Assembly (NCBI GenBank): GCA_007127715.1
Contig: SKYU01000033.1
Span: forward strand, 1-45,258
Source: Gammaproteobacteria bacterium
Lineage (GTDB): Bacteria > Pseudomonadota > Gammaproteobacteria > Steroidobacterales > PWYM01
DNA length: 45,258 bases
Direction of reading: 5' to 3'
Below, piece by piece: positions 42,801-45,258 of this stretch. Position 1 is the stretch's first letter; every line of letters starts with the position of its first letter. A program made the translations under genes and the position numbers. A model generated the notes under the pieces. The model was not told where the DNA came from. It did not search any database and was given only the letters and a program-made list of their open reading frames with translations.

Positions 42801-43408
42801 CGATAGCGCGCCTCGCTCTCCTTCAGGGCCTGGGCCGCCCGGTAGCGCTCGGTGATGTCGCGCAGGCACACGACGAACAGCGCCCTGCCCTGGAGTACCA
42901 GACGGCTGACGGCAAGCTCGGCCTTGAACTGCTCGCCGTCGCGGCGCCGGGCTTCCACCTCGTCACCGGCCAGATCGAACACCGTGTCGTCGTCGCGCCG
43001 CGAGAGCCGCTCGAGATAGGCCTGCGGCCGTGTCTTGTAGGGGAGCAGCGCCTCGATGCTGAGCCGCTCCATTTCCTCGGGCGCATAGCCGAAGACCCTG
43101 AGGGCGGCGAGATTGCAGCCCAGTACGCGGCCCTGCCCGTCGAGGGTCAGGATGGCATCCTTGACGTTGTCGAGGATCGCCTCGACGGTGGCGGGTTCGC
43201 GCAGCAGCGCGAGATCCTGGAGGCGGTGGCGGCCGGAGGTGGTGTGGGCCTCGGGCGCGGCCGGGGGGGCGGCAGGCACGGCGGCGGCCAGTCGCCGGGT
43301 CGCCTTGTCATAATATGCGCCGACAGTCTCCAGCGCCCCGTCCAGGTGCCGGTCTTCAGACTCCGGGACCCGGCCTGCCGACGCCGAGGTGTCGAGAGGC
43401 TGAGACAT
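39863..43408 (-). CDS. Cytoplasmic PAS-PAS-GAF-PAS-PAS-GGDEF-EAL diguanylate cyclase/phosphodiesterase
   Basis: PAS/PAC ends (RDITER, DISARK, DITERK, HDVSQE), GAF segment, DLDQFKVVNDTAGHAAGD, RASD-x5-GGDEF, ELLLR, DDFGSG, KIDG, QGY; start is ATG 43408 or GTG 43414. Confidence 0.94.
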   Translation of the reverse strand: MSQPLDTSASAGRVPESEDRHLDGALETVGAYYDKATRRLAAAVPAAPPAAPEAHTTSGRHRLQDLALLREPATVEAILDNVKDAILTLDGQGRVLGCNLAALRVFGYAPEEMERLSIEALLPYKTRPQAYLERLSRRDDDTVFDLAGDEVEARRRDGEQFKAELAVSRLVLQGRALFVVCLRDITERYRAAQALKESEARYRALVEHSSEVILVLDVDRGRFVDANEHAAGFFGLSREQLLALGPEAVSAPVQADGLPSFGVERGHVARALAGASPVFEWLHRHASGQTLPCEVRFTRLPSSRRRLIRASIIDISARKRSEMLAHAERHVLEMIAANAPLERTLGAICRGLEHLDSGVRCAAMLLADDHRYLRVGAAPGLPGALRSVLDRVEIGLRAGSGAAAASMNRQIIVQDLGTDVTWREFAPLALSAGLAACCATPVLSATRRLLGTLDVYFPESRAPRTDELDTVARFSQLAGIAIERRRDETALRDSETRWRGLFEHVADGVYQVSPEGEILAANPALVEMLGYASEADLRDAGPTANFHVSAAERDSGARLLARDGVLRNHEVRLRRRDGSEIVVLENGRAVRDTEGRLLHVEGTLTDITERKQAEQALFEEKERLLVTLRSIGDAVITTDAAGHVDELNPAAEELIGWEARAARGRPVEEVLTIVDVERRTVLENPVSRCLREGRKVSLPEGAVLIGRNGMDLNVRDSAAPIRDRQGHVIGAVMVFHDVSQEQRLQRELNYQASHDPLTGLINRAEFENRLSHALEEVRRHPERSHALLYLDLDQFKVVNDTAGHAAGDQLLRQVSEVLLARVRASDVLARTGGDEFALLLQDCPGRKALQVADDLREAVREHRFTWKDRSMSVSVSIGVVALNAASPSAEELFSLADVSCYAAKDEGRNRIHLCEAGDVPEKHKEMQWVSRITHAVEDDRLELYFQPIIPIGGNADRSGHYELLLRMRDEAGKLVPPSEFIPAAERYNLMPVLDRWVVREAMERLLCRDPADPYTLSVNLSGTSLSDAQFLADIVAAFEQLQPPPGAICFEITETAAISNLSAVAHFMQALKTLGARFSLDDFGSGLSSFTYLKTLPVDFLKIDGQFIKNVIRDRIDQSMVDAINKVGLAMGIQTIAERVESGEVLARLAEIGIAYAQGYHIAVPRPVAELPAREALRQSA

Positions 43409-43533
43409 GCGCACTCACAGGAACTGTCCAGACAAGTGGAATCCTCCGCAGAATCAGCCTGCCGGACCGTGATGCGCGTCTCGTTTCTTACCTGCTCGGG
43501 GAATAGTTTCCCAGTCCTGACACTGGATTATGT

Positions 43534-45258
43534 TCAACCCTGCCCGCGCGGACGCCGCAGCGGAATGGCGGCCGTGGGCCCGGTTCCGGCGTCCGGTCCA
43601 CGCCCGCTGGTGGGCCCGAGCGTGGCGGCGATCTGCGCGGCGTGCAGGGTCTCCTCGCGCTCCAGCGCCTCGACCAGCCGGTCGAAGGCCTCGCGATGCT
43701 CGCGGATGAGTGCGGCGGCACGGGTCTCCGCCGACACCAGCAGTGCCTTGACCGCCTCGTCCACCGCCTGCGCCGAATGTTCACTGAAGCGGCGGGGCTG
43801 GGAGATCTCACGACCGAGGAAGGGATGCTCTTCGCTGCTGGCCAGGTCGATCGGGCCCACCTCGCCGGCCATGCCCCAGCGGCTGACCATGGCCCGGGCC
43901 GTGCTGGTCGCCTGGCGAATGTCGTCGTCGGCCCCGCTGCTCACCGAGCCGAGCACTTCACGCTCGGCCGCGCGCCCGGCCAGCATCAGCGCCAGGCGGT
44001 CGCGAAGGTAGGCCTCCTCCAGGGTGTGGCGTTCCTGGGTCGGCAGCTGCTGCGTGCCGCCGAGGGCGCGGCCCCGGGGAATGATACTCACCTTGTAGAG
44101 CGGATCGGCGGTGGGAAGATGCCAGGCGACCAGCGTGTGGCCGGCCTCGTGCACGGCCAGGCGGTGGCGTTCGTCCGGCTGGATCGCGAGCGTACGGACA
44201 GAACCGATCAGCACCTTGTCGCGCGACTCCTCGAAATCGACCCTCGCGACTTCCCGGCGCCCCTGGCGCACGGCCAGCAGCGCCGCCTCGTTGACGAGGT
44301 TCTTGATGTCGGCACCCGAGAACCCGGGCGTGCCGGCGGCGATCTGCGCGAAATCCACATCTGCCGCCAGCGGCACCTTGCGGGTGTGCACTTTCAGCAG
44401 CGCTTCGCGGTCGCGTCGGTCGGGCAGATCCAGGGTGAGGTGCCGGTCGAAGCGTCCGGGGCGAAGCAGCGCCGGATCGAGCACGTCGGGCCGGTTGGTC
44501 GCCGCCAGCACGATCACCGCCTCGTGCCCGGCAAAGCCGTCCATTTCGGCGAGGATCTGATTCAGGGTCTGTTCGCGCTCGTCGTGACCGCCGCCGAGGC
44601 CGGTGCCGCGGGTGCGCCCGATGCTGTCGAGTTCGTCGATGAAGATGATGCTGGGGGCATGCTTCTTGGCCTCCTCGAACAGCCGCCGGACGCGCGAGGC
44701 ACCGACGCCGACAAACACCTCGATGAACTCCGAGCCGGAGATCGAATAGAACGGGACGCCGGCCTCCCCGGCCAGGGCACGGGCCATCAGGGTCTTGCCG
44801 GTGCCCGGCGGGCCCATCATCAGCACCCCGCGCGGCAGTTCGGCACCCAGCTCGGTAAATTTCTCCGGCGCCTTCAGGAACGCCACGAGCTCGGCGACGT
44901 CGCGCTTGGCGTTGTCCTGGCCGGCGACATCACGGAACGTGACCTCCGGCACCTCCGCCTGACGGGCCGAAGCATCGAGGAAACGGCGCAGGTCGCCTGT
45001 ACCGCCGAAACGGTCACCACCACCACCGCCGAGGTTCTGTGCGGTGCGCCGGAACAGCCAGATGATCAGCGCGATGAAGATCAGCCACGGCACGAACATC
45101 AGCAGCGCGGAGCCCAGCGGGTCGCGCTCGGAGGGTGCCTCGGCGACGCGCACCGACACGCGCGAGGCTTCCAGCAGCGGCAGCAGCTGGTCGTCGCCGA
45201 AGGCCGGGACCCGCGTGCGGAAGTAGGCCGCCTCACGGCGCTCCGGGCCGAGCGGCCG
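43534..45258 (-). CDS. ftsH: ATP-dependent zinc metalloprotease, FtsH family; 5' end lies outside the window
   Basis: Frame is open to the window edge; TM helix, [11 protein letters not shown] pore, [31 protein letters not shown]. Confidence 0.93.
   Translation of the reverse strand, partial: RPLGPERREAAYFRTRVPAFGDDQLLPLLEASRVSVRVAEAPSERDPLGSALLMFVPWLIFIALIIWLFRRTAQNLGGGGGDRFGGTGDLRRFLDASARQAEVPEVTFRDVAGQDNAKRDVAELVAFLKAPEKFTELGAELPRGVLMMGPPGTGKTLMARALAGEAGVPFYSISGSEFIEVFVGVGASRVRRLFEEAKKHAPSIIFIDELDSIGRTRGTGLGGGHDEREQTLNQILAEMDGFAGHEAVIVLAATNRPDVLDPALLRPGRFDRHLTLDLPDRRDREALLKVHTRKVPLAADVDFAQIAAGTPGFSGADIKNLVNEAALLAVRQGRREVARVDFEESRDKVLIGSVRTLAIQPDERHRLAVHEAGHTLVAWHLPTADPLYKVSIIPRGRALGGTQQLPTQERHTLEEAYLRDRLALMLAGRAAEREVLGSVSSGADDDIRQATSTARAMVSRWGMAGEVGPIDLASSEEHPFLGREISQPRRFSEHSAQAVDEAVKALLVSAETRAAALIREHREAFDRLVEALEREETLHAAQIAATLGPTSGRGPDAGTGPTAAIPLRRPRGQG

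Noticed and set aside
43450-43515. Resemblance to a c-di-GMP-I (GEMM) riboswitch (GGAAAC, GAGACGC, ACGGTC)
   Set aside because: It lacks the GCAAA junction, the GNRA-capped P2 stem and the CTAA receptor; an Infernal search would be needed
39707-44011. 1434-aa plus-strand ORF
   Set aside because: Antisense shadow of the GGDEF-EAL and ftsH genes; it has no recognisable motifs, and long stop-free antisense frames are expected at about 70% GC
1-45258. CRISPR arrays, tRNA/rRNA, IS elements, prophage or defence genes
   Set aside because: No repeat-spacer periodicity, cloverleaf, transposase/integrase or phage motifs were seen; intergenic gaps are short

Overview
A roughly 70% GC window from a Gammaproteobacterium, inferred from gene order, the t44/rpsB leader and the lpx/bam/skp genes. 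Positions 1-31.6 kb are conserved core genome. On the minus strand is the rpsB-tsf-pyrH-frr-uppS-cdsA-dxr-rseP-bamA-skp-lpxD-fabZ-lpxA-lpxB-rnhB-dnaE-(accA) superoperon. Divergent from it on the plus strand is map-glnD-dapC-dapD-arsC/yffB-dapE, followed by minus-strand yoaA-tsaB-phoB-phoR-phoU-dsbB. Positions 31.7-45.3 kb are more accessory. They hold a GTP-type PEPCK, a dusA / SAM methyltransferase / class III cyclase-FHA unit, an uncharacterised membrane protein plus lipoprotein pair, an N-formylglutamate-amidohydrolase-family plus GCS2 ligase pair, a 4xPAS-GAF-GGDEF-EAL protein and a 5'-truncated FtsH-family gene. I saw no tRNA, rRNA, CRISPR array, integrase or transposase. The best leads are the methyltransferase/cyclase-FHA module, the ligase/hydrolase pair, an SD-led in-frame mini-ORF before the c-di-GMP enzyme, and dsbB coupled to a pst-less pho operon. 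All calls come from motif recognition by eye; no database searches were run.
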